From: Chloroflexota bacterium
GTDB lineage: Bacteria > Chloroflexota > Limnocylindria > QHBO01
Length of the DNA: 64,000 bases
Reading direction: 5' to 3'
Assembly (NCBI GenBank): GCA_003243965.1
Contig: QHBO01000007.1
Location: forward strand, 14,843-78,842
Under the pieces are notes generated by a model. It had not been told where the DNA came from. It did no database searches and worked only from the letters and a program-made list of their open reading frames with translations. This document shows positions 17,391 through 26,846 of the stretch, in pieces. The translations under genes and the position numbers were made by a program. The first letter of the stretch is position 1; every line of letters starts with the position of its first letter.

Positions 17391-18659
17391 TTAGGGGTAG
17401 AGGCCGCGCAGCTGCGTCGCCTCCGCCACGCGAGACACGGCGACCATCATCGCGGCGCTGCGCAGGTCGACCTTCTCCTTGTGGGCCATGCGGTGGACGT
17501 CCGCGAAGGCCGCATCCATGATCCGATCCAGATCGGCGGCGATCTCCGCATCGGTCCAGAAGAAGGACTGAATGTCCTGGACCCACTCGAAGTAGCCGAC
17601 CACCAGCCCGCCGGCGTTGCACAAGATGTCCGGGATCAGCATCAGGCCGCGCTCGGCGAGGATCACGTCCGCCTCCGGAGTCGATGCGCCGTTCGCCGCC
17701 TCGGCGATGATCCGGGCCCTGACCTTCCCGGCATTTGCGGCGGTGAGCTGCTGCTGAAGGCCCGCGGGGACGAGGATGTCGCAGTCGAGCTCGAACACCT
17801 CGTCCTTGGAGATCGCGTCGCCCCCCCCGAAGCCGCGGAGCGCGTCATGCTCGTGCATCCACGCCACGGCACGCGCGACATCGATGCCGCCGGCATTGCG
17901 GATCCCGTCCCGGTCGTCGGCGATGCCCACGATGCGGGCTCCCGCGGCGGAGAGCAGCTCGGCCACGGTGGTGCCGACCCGGCCGAAGCCCTGGACCACG
18001 GCCCGAGCGCCCTCGACGCTGATCCCCTCCGCCTGCGCCGCCGAGAGGATGGTGCGTACTACTCCCCGGCTGGTCGCGATCCGCCGCCCGCGCGTGCCGC
18101 CGACCGCCAGCGGCTTGCCGGCGACGACGCCGGGAGCCGTGTAGCCGTGGTGCATCGAGTACGTGTCCATCATCCAGGCCATCGTCTGCGAGCCGGTGTT
18201 CACATCGGGGGCGGCGATGTCGCGCTCCGGGCCGATCAGCGGGCTGATCTCGGTGGTATAGCGGCGGGTCAGCGCCTCGCGCTCGTGATCCGACAGCTTG
18301 CGGGGGTTGACGCGCACCCCGCCGGCCGCCCCGCCGAACGGGATCTGCACCAGCGCCGCGCGCCACGAGCTGAGCATCGCCAGCGCGCGCACCGTGTCGA
18401 TCGTCAGCTGCGGGTGGTAGCGGATCCCGCCGGTCGCCGGTCCGCGGTTTATGTTGTGGTGCACCCGATAGCCGATGTAGACCTCGACGTGCCCATCGTC
18501 GTGCGTGACCGGAAAGGTGACGGTCAGCTCGCGCTTCGGCACGCGGAGGACGCGGCGCATGCCGTCGTCGAGCTTCAGGCGGTCCGCGGCGCGGTCGAGC
18601 TCGAGCTGGGCGCCGGTCCACAGGTCCGCTCGACGGTCGGTGACCTGTGCGTCGGACAT
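17391..18659 (-). CDS. Glutamate dehydrogenase paralog lacking catalytic lysines (probable regulatory subunit)
   Basis: Closely similar to the GDH at 38512 but has RGPATGG, SWRAA and GGAAGG in place of RGPAKGG, TWKCA and GGGKGG. Confidence 0.85.
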   Translation of the reverse strand: MSDAQVTDRRADLWTGAQLELDRAADRLKLDDGMRRVLRVPKRELTVTFPVTHDDGHVEVYIGYRVHHNINRGPATGGIRYHPQLTIDTVRALAMLSSWRAALVQIPFGGAAGGVRVNPRKLSDHEREALTRRYTTEISPLIGPERDIAAPDVNTGSQTMAWMMDTYSMHHGYTAPGVVAGKPLAVGGTRGRRIATSRGVVRTILSAAQAEGISVEGARAVVQGFGRVGTTVAELLSAAGARIVGIADDRDGIRNAGGIDVARAVAWMHEHDALRGFGGGDAISKDEVFELDCDILVPAGLQQQLTAANAGKVRARIIAEAANGASTPEADVILAERGLMLIPDILCNAGGLVVGYFEWVQDIQSFFWTDAEIAADLDRIMDAAFADVHRMAHKEKVDLRSAAMMVAVSRVAEATQLRGLYP

Positions 18660-18917
18660 CGATCGCTCCTTCCTGCGTGGCTGTCGCGCGCTTGTCGCCG
18701 CTGCGGGCCACTGGGTCTGCGGTTGCACGCCGCTGCGGCACACCTCGGCCGCGTGATGCTTGCGCCCGAAGGCTAGCGCGTTGCGTCAACCGCTGCCGTT
18801 CCGGACCGGCACCACGGCCCGGACCGGGGTGGCAAGATGGCGGCTCCACGTCAAGCCCCGGGCGCCGGTCGCGCCAACACCACGCGGCCCGGCGTCGCCC
18901 GCACGAGGAGAGCGCCA

Positions 18918-19847
18918 GTGGCTGCGCGAGTCATGACCGTCACCGGTCCCGTTCCCCCAGATCGTATCGGCTTCACGCTCCCCCACGAGCACACCGGCGT
19001 GCGCCTATGGGGCGCGCCCGCTCGCGAGGACTACTGGGAGCTGCGCAAGGACGAGGACCTGCTCGCCGAGGAGCTCGCCGACTTTCGCCGGCGCGGAGGA
19101 AGCTGCCTGGTCGACCTGACCACCGATGAGATCGGGCGCGACCCCCGCTGGCTGCGGCGCCTCGCCAGCCGCACCGGGGTCTTCATCGTGATGGGCAGCG
19201 GCTGGTATCGCCAGCTGCACTACCCGCCCGACAGCGTGGATCGTCGGACCGTGGACGAGCTGGCGGGGATCATCGTCCGGGAGTTCGAGGAGGGAGTCGC
19301 ACCGACCGGCGTGCGGCCGGGGATCATCGGGGAGATCGGGACCGACAAGTGGTGGGTCAGCGCCCAGGAGGAGCGGGTATTCCGCGCCGCCGCGCGTGCC
19401 GGGCGCCGCACGGGGCTGGCGGTCAGCACCCACGCCCTGGCAAGTGATGTCGGGCTGGCCCAGCTGGAGGTGCTGACCGACGAGGGGCTCGACCCCGCCC
19501 GGGTGGTGGTCGGTCATGCCGATACCTACCCTGACCTCGACTACCATCTTGCGGTTCTCGCGCGGGGCGCATCGGTGCAGTTCGACACGCTCGGGACGCC
19601 GGAGGCGGCGCGGCGCGAGCCACGCGCCGTGGCGCTCATTGTCGAGCTGCTGGAGCGCGGCTACGCGAGCCAGATCCTGCTCAGCCATGACGTCTGCCAC
19701 GACGACCATCTGCGGGCGAACGGTGGAAACGGCTACGGCTATCTCGCCCAGCATTTCCTGCCTGCGCTGCGCACCGCGGCGGTTGCGGAAGGCGAGATTC
19801 GGCAGATGACGGTCGAGAATCCGCGCCGAATCCTCACCATCGGCTGA
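18918..19847 (+). CDS. Phosphotriesterase-like (Php) amidohydrolase
   Basis: MTVTGPV, TLPHEH, GIIGEIG, STH, GHAD, LLSHD. Confidence 0.9.
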   Translation: MAARVMTVTGPVPPDRIGFTLPHEHTGVRLWGAPAREDYWELRKDEDLLAEELADFRRRGGSCLVDLTTDEIGRDPRWLRRLASRTGVFIVMGSGWYRQLHYPPDSVDRRTVDELAGIIVREFEEGVAPTGVRPGIIGEIGTDKWWVSAQEERVFRAAARAGRRTGLAVSTHALASDVGLAQLEVLTDEGLDPARVVVGHADTYPDLDYHLAVLARGASVQFDTLGTPEAARREPRAVALIVELLERGYASQILLSHDVCHDDHLRANGGNGYGYLAQHFLPALRTAAVAEGEIRQMTVENPRRILTIG

Positions 19848-19850
19848 CCG

Positions 19851-20882
19851 ATGTCGGCGCCGCGTGACCCTGCGGCCGACCTGCGTCGGATCGCCTTCCT
19901 GCTTGAGGTGGCCCGCGAGCCGAGCTACCGCGTGCGGGCCTTCCGCGGCGTGGCCGCCATGCTCGGCGGCCTCCCACCCGGCGAGCTCTCGTCGCGAGCG
20001 GCTGTCGGCGCGCTGCGCGAGCTGGCGGGCATCGGGGAGGTGCTCGAGCGCACGATCCTCGAGTCGCTGGCCGGCGAGGAGCCGGTCTACCTGCGACGCC
20101 TGGAGGCGACCGGCGGCCGGCCGGTGGCGGAGGCGGGCGCGGAGATCCTCGCCGCGCTGCGCGGTGATTGCCACGTCCACTCCGACTGGTCCGACGGCGG
20201 CAGCCCGATCCGGGAGATGGCCGAGGTGGCGCGCGACTTTGGCCTCGAGTACATCGTCCTGACCGATCACTCGCCGCGCCTGACGGTCGCCAACGGGCTC
20301 AGCGCCGATCGGCTGCGCGAGCAGCTGGAGGTGGTGGCGGGCCTGAACGCCGAGCTCGCGCCGTTCCGGATCCTGACCGGGATCGAGGTCGACATCGAGG
20401 AGGACGGCGGGCTGGACCAGGAGGGGGAGCTGCTCTCGCGGCTCGACGTGGTCGTCGGCAGCGTCCACTCGCAGCTTCGGATGTCGGAGCGACCGATGAC
20501 CGAGCGGATCGTCACCGCGCTCGCCAACCCGCACCTCGATATCCTCGGGCACATGACCGGGCGGATCGTGACCGGCAAGCGCGGACGGCCCCCCTCGACC
20601 TTCGACGCGGAGATCGTCTTCGCCGCCGCGCTGCGCTTCGACAAGGCAATCGAGATCAACAGCAGGCCGGAGCGTCTCGATCCACCCAAGCGGCTGCTGC
20701 GCCTCGCCGTGGAGGCCGGCTGCCGCGTCGCCATCGACTCGGATGCCCACGCGCCGGGGCAGCTCGCGTGGCAGCCCTACGGCTGCGACCGCGCCGCGGC
20801 ATGCGGCGTGCCGATCAGCTCGATCGTGAACGCCGCGTCTACCGATCGGCTGCTGGGCTGGACCGCCGGCCACGCGCGGTAG
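19851..20882 (+). CDS. PHP-domain protein with PolX-like N-terminal helical domain
   Basis: YRVRAFR; GDCHVHSDWSDG, TDHS, GIEVD, SVH, GH, EINS, DSDAH. Confidence 0.88.
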   Translation: MSAPRDPAADLRRIAFLLEVAREPSYRVRAFRGVAAMLGGLPPGELSSRAAVGALRELAGIGEVLERTILESLAGEEPVYLRRLEATGGRPVAEAGAEILAALRGDCHVHSDWSDGGSPIREMAEVARDFGLEYIVLTDHSPRLTVANGLSADRLREQLEVVAGLNAELAPFRILTGIEVDIEEDGGLDQEGELLSRLDVVVGSVHSQLRMSERPMTERIVTALANPHLDILGHMTGRIVTGKRGRPPSTFDAEIVFAAALRFDKAIEINSRPERLDPPKRLLRLAVEAGCRVAIDSDAHAPGQLAWQPYGCDRAAACGVPISSIVNAASTDRLLGWTAGHAR

Positions 20883-20924
20883 ACTGGCGCGCCCGTGAGG
20901 CCAATCAGCGCAGGAGGATGACCG

Positions 20925-21134
20925 ATGTCCGTTGCAAGGGTGACCGAGCTCAGCTGCAGCTCGTCGGAGAGCTTCGAGGCCGCAATCCGAGAGGGGATCG
21001 ACCGCGCGAACCAGACGCTGCGCCAGGTGCGGAGCGCGTGGATCAAGGAGCAGAGAGTGAACATCGGTCGCGATGGCGCGCTCGAGTTTCAGGTGAATGT
21101 CCTGCTCACCTTCGTCCTGGAGGACCAGGGCTAG
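20925..21134 (+). CDS. Dodecin family protein
   Basis: SVARVTELSCSSSESFEAAIREGIDRANQTLR..AWIKEQ; AGGAGG RBS. Confidence 0.88.
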   Translation: MSVARVTELSCSSSESFEAAIREGIDRANQTLRQVRSAWIKEQRVNIGRDGALEFQVNVLLTFVLEDQG

Positions 21135-21156
21135 CGCCCTATCACGCGGCGGCGCA

Positions 21157-21186
21157 GGGCGCGGCGGGATTGGTCAGCCGCGCCCG
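21157..21186. terminator. Hairpin between convergent genes
   Basis: gggcgcggc-N11-gccgcgccc. Confidence 0.45.
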
Positions 21187-21196
21187 GTCGCGACGC

Positions 21197-22096
21197 CTAC
21201 CAGGGCGGCGCGAGGCGTTCGATGGTCGGCACGTCGGCCATCGCACCCTCCGCGGTGAGGGGGATCATGGCCACGTGGTCCGCGCCGGCGTCCGCATACG
21301 CGCGGAGCCGTGCGCGCAGCGCGACGTCGTCGCCCCAGGCGACCAGCGCGTCGACGACCCGGTCCGATCCGGGACGCGCCAGGTCTGCATCGGTGTAGCC
21401 GAGCTCTCGCAGGTTGGCGAGGTAGTTCGGCAGTCCCAGGTAGCGATCCAGGTAGCCGCGGGCCGCCCGACGAGCCGCCTGCGGATCCGCCTCCAGGCGC
21501 ACCGCGGCGCTCACCACCAGCGTCGGGCGCGGGCGCCCGCTGCGCGTCGCCGCCTCGTCGAGGTGCCTTCGTGCGGAGGCGACGTAGCCGACCGGCACGC
21601 AGTAGGCGAACGCCCCGTCGGCGAGCTCCGCCGCGAGCCTGAGCATGCCCTGGCGCAACGCGGCAAGCACGACCGGCGGCTCACCGTAGGGCAGTGGCCC
21701 GCGATAGGTGGCGACGCGGAACGCATCCAGATATTCACGCATCGCCTGCAGCGGCGGCCGCCATGCGTGGCCGCGAACCGTCTCGATCTCCTGGTGCCCG
21801 ACGCCAAGTCCGAGCACGAACCGGCCTCCACACAGCTCCTGGAGCGTGGCCGCGGCGGCGTGCGCGGCCAGCGGATCGCGAGCCGATGTCTGGGCGATGC
21901 CCACCGCCAGCGTGATTCGCTCGGTCTCGGCCGCCACCCGGCCGAGGAGCGCAAACGGCTCGCGTCCGACTCCCTCTTGAGACCAGAAGGCGTCGTAGCC
22001 GAGGCGTTCCGCGGAGCGGGCGACATCCAGCAGCTCTGAGGCGCCGAGCCGGTCCCACGTCGACCAGAGCCCCGTCCGGCCGAGCCGGGGGCTCAC
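21197..22096 (-). CDS. LLM-class (probably F420-dependent) oxidoreductase
   Basis: AERLGYDAFW.E..GREPF, GRFVLGLGVGH, LAALRQGMLRLA, AGADHV. Confidence 0.85.
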   Translation of the reverse strand: MSPRLGRTGLWSTWDRLGASELLDVARSAERLGYDAFWSQEGVGREPFALLGRVAAETERITLAVGIAQTSARDPLAAHAAAATLQELCGGRFVLGLGVGHQEIETVRGHAWRPPLQAMREYLDAFRVATYRGPLPYGEPPVVLAALRQGMLRLAAELADGAFAYCVPVGYVASARRHLDEAATRSGRPRPTLVVSAAVRLEADPQAARRAARGYLDRYLGLPNYLANLRELGYTDADLARPGSDRVVDALVAWGDDVALRARLRAYADAGADHVAMIPLTAEGAMADVPTIERLAPPW

Positions 22097-22103
22097 CGGG
22101 GGT

Positions 22104-23192
22104 TCAGTCGCTGGTGGTGGACAGACCGATGCGGCCGTCGCTCCGCGTGAAGCGGGAACGGTAGACCGGGTTCGAGACCCGGCTGTTGACGGCCGCGGCG
22201 TCCAGCTTCTTGCCGCTCCGAGGGGCGACATACCGACCCCGCTCGGTGACCGCGGTGGCGATCTCCGCGGCGCGAAGCGGTCCACGTTCCGCGATGACGG
22301 CGATGATCTCGTCGTGCAGCGGCACCCGCGACCCGCGGCCCCTGGAGGCGGCCGACCGGCGGCGGCGGGGTGTGCTGGCCGCGGCGGACGAGGTCTTGCG
22401 GCGAGGAGTGGCGGTCGCCGCGGTGCCTGCGCCTCGACGGCGTGGGGTGGCCGGGGCGTCTGCGACGGTCTCCTTGCGTGGGCGACCTCGACGGCGTGGG
22501 GTGGCCGGGGCGTCTGCGACGGTCTCCTTGCGTGGGCGACCGCGGCGACGTGGAGTGGCCGGCGCGTCTGCGACGGTCTCCTTGCGTGGGCGACCGCGAC
22601 GGCGCGGAGTGGGGACCGCGGCGACCTCGGGGGACGCCTCGGATGCAATCTGGGCCTGTGCCCTCAGTGGCGGCGCCTGATCCGCCGCCCCATTGTCCGT
22701 GGCCGTGGCCGGCGCCGGGGCCGGGCGGTCAGCTGCTCTGGTCTGGGCGGCGGCAAGCGCATCGAGGCGCCTTGCAAGCTCGTCGACTCGGCGGTTCAGC
22801 GCGGCGAATGGCCCGTTCGTCGTCAGCTGCGAGGCGGGGGCGGGAGTGATGCCTCCGTCGAGGCGCTCCTCGACCCATTGCAGCACGATCTCCCCGGGGC
22901 GCAGGCCCGCCTCCGCGGCAAGCTGCTTGAGTTTCCCCAGGCGCCTCGGATCGAGGCGGATCGACATCCCCGGGTCATCCATGCGCGGTGCGAAACCGCG
23001 GGCACCGCCGCGGCTGTCGCGCTCTCCCGGAGCGCGCCGAGGCCCCTCGCCGTACTCGCGCGGCGGGCGGTCGGGGCGTGGACCGTAGTCGCGCCCACCG
23101 CCCTCGCGAGGGGGACGATCGCTGCGCGGCCGGTCACCAAAGGATCGCTGCTCGCCGGTGCGTGGCCGGCGGTCGTTTCGTCGGAAGGTCAT
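22104..23192 (-). CDS. Multi-domain DNA-binding protein (RHH-like, coiled coil, 3 AT-hooks, C-terminal winged helix)
   Basis: MSIRLDPRRLGKLKQLAAEAGLRPGEIVLQWVEERL; three PRRRGRPRK; LHDEIIAVIAERGPLRAAEIATAV...RFTRSDGRIGL. Confidence 0.7.
   Translation of the reverse strand: MTFRRNDRRPRTGEQRSFGDRPRSDRPPREGGGRDYGPRPDRPPREYGEGPRRAPGERDSRGGARGFAPRMDDPGMSIRLDPRRLGKLKQLAAEAGLRPGEIVLQWVEERLDGGITPAPASQLTTNGPFAALNRRVDELARRLDALAAAQTRAADRPAPAPATATDNGAADQAPPLRAQAQIASEASPEVAAVPTPRRRGRPRKETVADAPATPRRRGRPRKETVADAPATPRRRGRPRKETVADAPATPRRRGAGTAATATPRRKTSSAAASTPRRRRSAASRGRGSRVPLHDEIIAVIAERGPLRAAEIATAVTERGRYVAPRSGKKLDAAAVNSRVSNPVYRSRFTRSDGRIGLSTTSD
22432..22610. repeat. 54-bp coding tandem repeat (about 3.3 copies) encoding PRRRGRPRKETVADAPAT
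   Basis: Units start at 22432, 22486 and 22540, with a partial unit at 22594. Confidence 0.9.
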
Positions 23193-23253
23193 GAGTGCAA
23201 ACGATAACCGTCAATTTCAATTCGCGCCAGTCCCGCGTTGGGCTTTGCATCGG

Positions 23254-23703
23254 TCACGAGCAGGTGACCGCCACCCGCGCCGCTGGCTGCCCCACCCCCG
23301 GAATCTGGGCATGGTCGGTGACCCGCTCCCCACCCGGGATGGCGGTGGAGACAATGTTGCTGCTTTGCAATTCTCGCCCGGAAGCGTCGAACGCGGTGAT
23401 CTGGCATTTCGCGTGTCCGACTTTGCTGCCCTCGTTGGTGATCGCGACGGTCACATCCACGACGTCGCCGGGCCCCGGGGCAAAGGCCACCGCCTCGGCT
23501 CGATACGGTCCCACGCCGCGCAGCGACAGGCTCGCGGCGATGGCGAGCGCCACGACGCCAGCGATGATGGCCACCACCACCGTGCCGTGGTACTGCGTCG
23601 CGGATGGCGTCGCCATTCCGGCCCGATTGCAGACGCCACAGATCGTCTCGTCAGGCCCGATCTCACGGCCGCACTTGATGCACTGCCCGACCTCATCGGT
23701 CAT
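23254..23703 (-). CDS. Zinc-ribbon, TM and small extracytoplasmic beta-domain protein
   Basis: CIKCG...CGVC, then a hydrophobic helix, then VTVAITNEG..C; translationally coupled to the DUF1684 gene. Confidence 0.7.
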   Translation of the reverse strand: MTDEVGQCIKCGREIGPDETICGVCNRAGMATPSATQYHGTVVVAIIAGVVALAIAASLSLRGVGPYRAEAVAFAPGPGDVVDVTVAITNEGSKVGHAKCQITAFDASGRELQSSNIVSTAIPGGERVTDHAQIPGVGQPAARVAVTCS

Positions 23704-24344
23704 GTCGTCTCCCGGTCGTGGTCGGCGAGGTACTCCGGGGAGAGGCGTTCGCCGGCTTCGATCGGGATCGTCAGCCAGTTCTCCTGCAGCGCCAGCGGGC
23801 AGCTCCAGTGCGGGTCGTAGACGCACGAGGGGTGGTACGCGTAGTTGAAATCGATCACCAGCCGGTCGTCCTCCGACCCAAGGTCCGCGCCCTTCACCGA
23901 GTCCCACACGTAGCGGCCGCCGCCGTAGCTGGTTGAGCCGCCGGTCGCATCGCGGAAGGGGATGAAGATTCCCCCGCCATAACCCTCGAGCCAGTAGACC
24001 GCCAGGCGGCATTCCGTTCCCCCGACGCTGAACGTCACCCAGCCGATGCGCGAGAACGCGTAGCTGCCGCCCGACGACCGCGGCAGGTCATGCGGGCTGG
24101 TGGTCGGGTCCGGCTCGAGCGGGACGCTGAACCGCAGGCTGGGAACGTGCCGCCAGTAGCTCAGCCCGCGAAACGCCGCGCGCTCGCCGGCAGGGATCGG
24201 TGACTGGGGATGCGTGGCGAACAGGCGATCCTTCGTCGCGCGGAATGCGACCAGCGCCATTGTCGGGCGTGGATCGGCGCGCAGTGTGGCGTACATCGAG
24301 GCGACGCGGCGTCGATAGTCGGCGAGGTCGAGGTGCTCACTCAT
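23700..24344 (-). CDS. DUF1684 family protein
   Basis: QSPIP, FRGL.Y, FIPFRDAT, SYGGGRY, IDFNYAYHPSC.YD..WSCPL..N.L..PIEAGE. Confidence 0.9.
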   Translation of the reverse strand: MSEHLDLADYRRRVASMYATLRADPRPTMALVAFRATKDRLFATHPQSPIPAGERAAFRGLSYWRHVPSLRFSVPLEPDPTTSPHDLPRSSGGSYAFSRIGWVTFSVGGTECRLAVYWLEGYGGGIFIPFRDATGGSTSYGGGRYVWDSVKGADLGSEDDRLVIDFNYAYHPSCVYDPHWSCPLALQENWLTIPIEAGERLSPEYLADHDRETT

Positions 24345-24347
24345 CGG

Positions 24348-24391
24348 GAAAATGATAGGGCGGGGGGCGGTCGCCGGCCGTCCGCCCTATC
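24348..24391 (-). terminator. Intrinsic terminator of the ABC operon
   Basis: gatagggcgg/ccgccctatc inverted repeat followed on the minus strand by atttt. Confidence 0.55.
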
Positions 24392-24411
24392 AGATCGCGG
24401 CCCGTGTGGCG

Positions 24412-25350
24412 CTAGCTCAGGCCGTTGTCGGCGAGGAACTGCCTGGCGACGTCGGCGACCTTCTCCTTGTTCACGTTCACCTTCAGACCCATGGTGGTCA
24501 GCGCGTCGGTGGTCAGCTTGGAGGAGACCAAGTTGAGCGCCGCAGAGAAATCAGGCCCGGCGGCGTTCAGGAGATCCTTGCGCACCACCGGCACCATGTT
24601 GTCGGCGGCCTGCGACTTCTTGTCGTCCTCGAGCAGGACGAAGTTGAAGCGCTTGATGTCCGGCTGCGTGGTGCACAGCTCGGCGACGTCGACGCTCTTG
24701 CCATTGAGCGCCTGGGCCATCGGTGCGCTGCAGGGCGCCAGCTTGACGACCTGCACCTTGGCGATGTCAATGCCGTACGCGGACTTCAGCGCATCACCGC
24801 ACGACGGGTTTGTCTTGCACTCCGGGGGAAGCCCCCACTTCAGCTTGTCGGCGACCTTGGCCGCGTCGGTCAGCGACTTGAGGCTGAACTGGTCAGCCGT
24901 CTCCTTGCGGACCGCGAAGCCGTTCTGGTCCTGCCCGGGGGCGATGTCCAGGATGGTCAGGCCGAGCGGGTCGAGCGCGGCCTTCAGGGCCTGGGCCGTC
25001 TGCTGCGGGTCGCCGGTGGCCTGCGCCTTCAGCTCGCGCGCCTCGGAGCCGATGTACTCCGGCATCAGGTTGAGCTGGTTGTTCTTCAGCGAATCGTTCG
25101 TCAGCTTGCGCGCCCCGAGGTTGAGCTTGCGCTGCACGGTGTAGCCCTTGCCCTCCAGCGCCTGGGCGTAGATCTCGGCAACCAGCGCCGATTCGTAGAA
25201 GTCGGCAGAGCCGACGATGACCGTGGGCTTGGTGGCCGCCGCGGGCGGCGTGCCGTTCGTCGATGGGCTGCTCCCCCCTCCCGTCGAGCACGCGCTGACG
25301 AGCAGCGCGAGTGCCGACGCCCCGAGGGTGAGCGTGCGGTACCTCCGCAT
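24412..25350 (-). CDS. Osmoprotectant (glycine betaine/choline-type) ABC substrate-binding lipoprotein
   Basis: Lipobox VSAC; VGSADFYES, PEYIGS, LEDDK. Confidence 0.88.
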   Translation of the reverse strand: MRRYRTLTLGASALALLVSACSTGGGSSPSTNGTPPAAATKPTVIVGSADFYESALVAEIYAQALEGKGYTVQRKLNLGARKLTNDSLKNNQLNLMPEYIGSEARELKAQATGDPQQTAQALKAALDPLGLTILDIAPGQDQNGFAVRKETADQFSLKSLTDAAKVADKLKWGLPPECKTNPSCGDALKSAYGIDIAKVQVVKLAPCSAPMAQALNGKSVDVAELCTTQPDIKRFNFVLLEDDKKSQAADNMVPVVRKDLLNAAGPDFSAALNLVSSKLTTDALTTMGLKVNVNKEKVADVARQFLADNGLS

Positions 25351-25452
25351 GGGTCCTCCTCCATAGAAGTCGGATTCCTGTCGTTGGGTACGACAGGGAG
25401 CGGCGAGTGTAGCAGCGACCCTGCGCCGAGCCGCGCTGCTCGCCAGGAGTAC

Positions 25453-26205
25453 CTAGGCGCTCGGTCTCAGCTCCGCTTGGCTGGCCCCGCGTGGGGTGCG
25501 TGCGCTGCGCAGACCCGGTGACATCGAGGCGCGTTGGAGGGCTGCGAACGCCAGCTCGGTCCCGATCGAGAGCAGGGCCACGATCACCGCCCCGACGAAG
25601 AGCTGCGCATCGTCCTGCTGCTTGATGCCGTCCACGATCAGCCGGCCAAGGCCGCCGGTCCCGAACACCGCACCCAGGGTGGCCGTTGCCACGACCTGGA
25701 CCGCGGAGGTGCGCAACCCGGCCAGGATGATGGGCAGCGCCAGCGGGACCTCGACGCGGGTCAGCAGCTGCGGCTCGCGCATCCCCATCCCGCGCCCCGC
25801 CTCCAGCAGGTCGCGCTCCACCTCCCGCAGGCCGGTGTAGGTGTTGAGCACGATCGGTGGTAGCGCCAGGGCAAAGAGGGCGAACATGGTGGCCAGCACT
25901 CCGAACGGAAGCGGCCCCGAGGGGACGAGGATGAGCGCGATCCCCAGGATCCCCAGCGAGGGCAGCGCGCGGCCGATGTTCGAGATGTTGACCGCAATCG
26001 CGGCGCCCCGACCGGTATGACCGATGTACAGGCCGACCGGCAGCGCAACCAGCACCGCGGCCACCAGCGGCACCGCCGAGAGGACCAGGTGCTCGCCGAG
26101 CCGCGCGGCGATCCCGTCGCTCCCTACCCAGTGCGCCGGGTCGGCCGCCCAGGCAAGCGCCCTGGCGATGAAGTCCACGGCTATCGGCCCCTCGCGCGCG
26201 CCCAT
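25453..26205 (-). CDS. Osmoprotectant ABC permease
   Basis: RALPSL, EAGRGMGM, VEVPLALP, GGLG. Confidence 0.9.
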   Translation of the reverse strand: MGAREGPIAVDFIARALAWAADPAHWVGSDGIAARLGEHLVLSAVPLVAAVLVALPVGLYIGHTGRGAAIAVNISNIGRALPSLGILGIALILVPSGPLPFGVLATMFALFALALPPIVLNTYTGLREVERDLLEAGRGMGMREPQLLTRVEVPLALPIILAGLRTSAVQVVATATLGAVFGTGGLGRLIVDGIKQQDDAQLFVGAVIVALLSIGTELAFAALQRASMSPGLRSARTPRGASQAELRPSA

Positions 26206-26843
26206 GGCGTCATTGAGCGCTGCAGGAGCACCAGCCCAGCGTCAGCGGCGACCGCCAGCAGCACCGAGAGCAGCGCGCCGACCAGGATCGCCGTCGGGAA
26301 CAGCCCGTCGTAGCCGATGGTCACGATCAGGTAGCCGAGGCCGCCCTGTCCGATCAGCGAGGTGACGGTCACCAGCCCGATGGTGGTCACCGTCGCGATC
26401 CGCAGGCCGGCAACGATGATCGGCAGCGCGATCGGAAGCTCGACGCGCCACAGCCGCTGCCCCGGGGTGAGCCCCATCCCGCTCGCCGCCTCCAGCACCT
26501 CCGCCGGGACGGTGTCGAGCCCGGTGACGATGTTCCGCACCAGGATCAGGATCGTGTAGCTGACCAGCGCGATCTCGGCGGACAGCAGCGAGAGGCCCGC
26601 GAACGGGACGACCAGGGCAAACAGCGCGAGGCTCGGAATGGCGTACAGCACGCCGGTGACGCCCAGGATCGGGCCGTACAGGCGCCGCCAACGGCGCGTC
26701 GCGAGTGCGAGCGCAAACGAGACGACGAATCCGACAACGATGGCGATGGCGGCGATGCCGACGTGCTCCAATAGCCGCCGCCCGATCTCGTCCAGGTTGC
26801 CGACGATCCAGCTCCAGCGTACGAGCGGCTCACCGGGCGGCAT
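26181..26843 (-). CDS. Osmoprotectant ABC permease
   Basis: YAIPSLAL, EAASGMG, VELPIALP, GQGGLG. Confidence 0.9.
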   Translation of the reverse strand: MPPGEPLVRWSWIVGNLDEIGRRLLEHVGIAAIAIVVGFVVSFALALATRRWRRLYGPILGVTGVLYAIPSLALFALVVPFAGLSLLSAEIALVSYTILILVRNIVTGLDTVPAEVLEAASGMGLTPGQRLWRVELPIALPIIVAGLRIATVTTIGLVTVTSLIGQGGLGYLIVTIGYDGLFPTAILVGALLSVLLAVAADAGLVLLQRSMTPWARARGR

Positions 26844-26846
26844 CGG

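Noticed and set aside
22432-22610. 54-bp repeats considered as a CRISPR array
   Set aside because: Contiguous in-frame coding repeats with no spacers and no cas genes
23207-23253. Possible sigma-54 -24/-12 promoter (TGGCGCG on the minus strand)
   Set aside because: No TTGC at the required spacing
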